A program made the translations under genes and the position numbers. Under the pieces are notes generated by a model that was not told the origin of the DNA, ran no database searches, and saw only the letters and a list, made by a program, of their open reading frames with translations. Source: Pseudomonas aeruginosa (GTDB taxonomy: Bacteria > Pseudomonadota > Gammaproteobacteria > Pseudomonadales > Pseudomonadaceae). Taken from it: 32,000 nt of DNA. Positions 30,179-32,000 of this stretch are shown one piece after another (positions within the stretch are counted from its first letter, which is position 1; each line of letters opens with the position of its first letter). The stretch is from positions 1,170,001-1,202,000 of the forward strand of contig NZ_LN831024.1 of the NCBI RefSeq assembly GCF_001457615.1, in the 5' to 3' direction.

Positions 30179-30197
30179 TGGTGCTCGGGAGGGACTT
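30179..30197 (-). other. tRNA 3'-end-like remnant (putative island attachment-site copy)
   Basis: The minus strand reads AAGTCCCTCCCGAGCACCA, which looks like the end of a T-loop, a T-stem half, an acceptor half and ACCA. There is no tRNA body on the 5' side; AT-rich DNA starts at 30198. Confidence 0.35.
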
Positions 30198-30404
30198 AAA
30201 TTAGATGTAAATCTATTTTTTATTTTGCAATACCCCCATGTCGAAAGTTGCTCGATAGCCAGGCTGACTTTGCTGGAGTGGTTACGACTCCTACAGATTG
30301 AACCGCGCCTGCATACTTACAGAAACCATGTGTTTGATCTAGAGTCTTCGTTGGGTCAGATGCCGGTCAGGAATGCGAGCTACGCTCGGCAGTGCGCAGT
30401 TGGC

Positions 30405-30430
30405 TGAATCGCCCCGGATTCTCTAGACAC
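30405..30430. repeat. IS left inverted repeat
   Basis: TGAATCGCCCCGGATTCTCTAGACAC. Confidence 0.8.
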
Positions 30431-31304
30431 ATTGCAAGTTCATTGCATGACGCTTTTCAAACTCTAGCGGTGACAGCTGATTGTTGAAACCATGTCGGCG
30501 TTTTGAGTTGTAGAACATTTCGATGTAATCGAACACATCGCTACGAGCATCTTCCCGCGTGGTGTAAATTTTCCGCTTGATCCGTTCTCGTTTCAGAAGC
30601 TGGAAAAAGCTCTCGGCCACGGCGTTGTCATGACAGTTGCCTCGACGACTCATGCTGGCAACCAAATTGTTTGCCTTCAAAAAGCTGCGCCAATCGGAGC
30701 TGCTGTACTGGCTGCCCTGGTCGGAATAAACCATCACCTCTTGCTTCGGTTTACGCCTCCAAACCGCCATCAACAACGCATTAATAGCCAAATCACTGGT
30801 CATCTGCGCCTTCATTGACCAGCCAACGACCTGACGAGAAAAAAGATCCAACACCACCGCCAAATACAACCAGCCTTCATACGTACGAATGTAGGTGATG
30901 TCGGTTACCCAAACCTTGTTGGGTTCCACTACATCGAATTGGCGCTTCAGCAAATTGGGCGAGGCGACCGCTGGCTTACCGCCGTACTTTCCAGGGCGGC
31001 GTCGATAACCTGTCTGAGAGCGCAGTCCTTCAAGACGCATCAGCCTTGCCACACGATGGCGCCCGCAAACTTCACCGACCTCGCGCAGATCGTCATGGAT
31101 TTTGCGATAGCCATAAACGGTGCCGCTCTCCAGCCAAGAATGCTTGATCAAACCCAGCAGTCGCTGATCGTCTTTAGCGCGTGCCGATTGCGGCTCAGAC
31201 AACCAGGCGTAATAACCGCTGGGATGGACCTTCAGCGTCAGGCAAAGCCGTCGAATGGAATAGTTGCCGGCTCGCTGCTTGATAAAGGCGTACCTCAACC
31301 GCAC
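30423..31304 (-). CDS. IS3-family transposase orfB (DDE integrase domain)
   Basis: 293-aa frame. It is normally expressed as an OrfAB fusion by a -1 frameshift. The rve-type core is 'VWVTDITYIRT…VMVYSDQGSQYSS…GNCHDNAVAESFFQLLKRE'. Confidence 0.85.
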   Translation of the reverse strand: MRLRYAFIKQRAGNYSIRRLCLTLKVHPSGYYAWLSEPQSARAKDDQRLLGLIKHSWLESGTVYGYRKIHDDLREVGEVCGRHRVARLMRLEGLRSQTGYRRRPGKYGGKPAVASPNLLKRQFDVVEPNKVWVTDITYIRTYEGWLYLAVVLDLFSRQVVGWSMKAQMTSDLAINALLMAVWRRKPKQEVMVYSDQGSQYSSSDWRSFLKANNLVASMSRRGNCHDNAVAESFFQLLKRERIKRKIYTTREDARSDVFDYIEMFYNSKRRHGFNNQLSPLEFEKRHAMNLQCV

Positions 31305-31573
31305 TCCTTGGCAAAGTACGCGGCGGCCTTTTTTAAGATATCTCGCTCTTCAGTGACGCGCTTTAGTTCGGCTCGCAGACGACGCAGTTCAGCGTGCTGA
31401 TCATCGTCCTGCTGCCGTTCTTCTTGAGGTTTGCTGTAGCGCTTTATCCAGGCATAGAGGCTATGCGTCGACACGCCGAGACGGGCCGCTACATCAGCGA
31501 CAGGCAGCTTCTTTTGGGTCACTTGATTGAGTGCTTAGATTTTGAATTCTTCGGGGTAACGCGGGTTGCTCAT
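31295..31573 (-). pseudogene. IS3-family transposase orfA interrupted by an in-frame TAA at codon 13
   Basis: GGAGGTG precedes ATG 31573, giving MSNPRYPEEFKI-TAA(31537-31535)-ALNQVTQKKLPVADVAARLGVSTHSLYAWIKRY (HTH). Related IS3 OrfA proteins have Gln/Glu at that position. The slippery CTTTTTT (plus strand 31328-31334) equals A AAA AAG. Confidence 0.7.
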
Positions 31574-31609
31574 GGCACCTCCTAATTGGCCTCAGTTTAA
31601 GGCAAAGAG

Positions 31610-31635
31610 GTGTCTACGAAACCCGGGGCGATTCA
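31610..31635. repeat. IS right inverted repeat
   Basis: The reverse complement reads TGAATCGCCCCGGGTTTCGTAGACAC. Confidence 0.8.
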
Positions 31636-32000
31636 GAGAGCCCTCAAACGAAGGCTAAAACCCTATCCACTACTAATCCCAGTGCGCTAAGCAAAGAGTA
31701 CGGAAGCCAAAAAAGGGGAGTTCAAGGATGGTTAAGTAAGTGCCGCTCGGATAGAGTCACTAAAACTCAGAAAGCAAAAAAGCTTATATGGCGAGTTCAA
31801 GTCAAAGGCGCAAAGAGAACCTCCCTTGCTCTAGCAAACGAAATGCTATTAATAGTCGATTCGATATATTAAAATGAAAATATCCCTGTGAAAATTAACG
31901 GCTTCCCCAGTCCTTGAAAAAAGCGAAAATCAAGGAAAGGTATAAAAATTCTCGACGGCCAAAAAGAAAAATGACACCCATACAAAAAGAGGCATATATG

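Larger units (their letters stand above)
30405..31635 (-). mobile_element. IS3-family insertion sequence (1231 bp), probably defective
   Basis: 26-bp terminal IRs match at 22/26 positions and have TG…CA ends. The orfA/orfB arrangement includes an A-AAA-AAG -1 frameshift site. The DDE transposase has DITY, YSDQGSQY and CHDNAVAESFF. There is no flanking direct repeat (ggc vs gag). Confidence 0.85.

Noticed and set aside
30225-30407. 60-aa ORF between the tRNA-like remnant and the IS.
   Set aside because: It has no SD, its codon usage is mixed, and it runs into the IS inverted repeat. It is most likely non-coding island remnant.

Overview
This is high-GC Pseudomonas aeruginosa-type chromosome, and I recognise it as the exoS neighbourhood. 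From memory it is colinear, in reverse orientation, with the PAO1 interval PA3850 to PA3825. In order the genes are: ndpA, a TAXI-like protein, an SRPBCC protein, an isochorismatase-family hydrolase, a divergent LysR/GST pair, spcS-exoS with divergent ExsA-type promoters, rlmF, an SLC13 permease, a 3-gene ABC importer, a small secreted protein, valS, a small acidic protein, holC-pepA, an AraC regulator, an alpha/beta hydrolase, lptF-lptG, an RDD protein and a CSS/EAL phosphodiesterase. Most long ORFs in the track that lie antisense to these genes are high-GC shadow ORFs. Two visibly AT-rich insertions interrupt the core. (1) At about 15150-17320 there is a T/G-rich islet. Its left edge is the conserved end of an Rhs core (NxYxYxxNNPxxxxDPxG) with no Rhs body, PAAR, VgrG or start codon. 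It is followed by a roughly 290-codon variable tip split by a +1 frameshift in an A5 run, a tightly coupled immunity-like gene, and a second remnant plus immunity-like gene. I read this as an orphan polymorphic toxin/immunity array with an uncharacterised His...Cys toxin tip, and it is the most interesting object in the window. (2) From 30198 to the window end, AT-rich DNA starts directly at a 19-nt tRNA-3'-end-like remnant with its own terminator. It contains a 1231-bp IS3-family element that has a nonsense codon in orfA and no target-site duplication. Smaller oddities include a strongly coding two-TM reading frame that follows the GST stop codon in the same frame without a start codon, and a translationally coupled mini-ORF/ORF pair downstream of spcS. 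All family assignments come from reading the translations and from memory; no BLAST or HMM search could be run.
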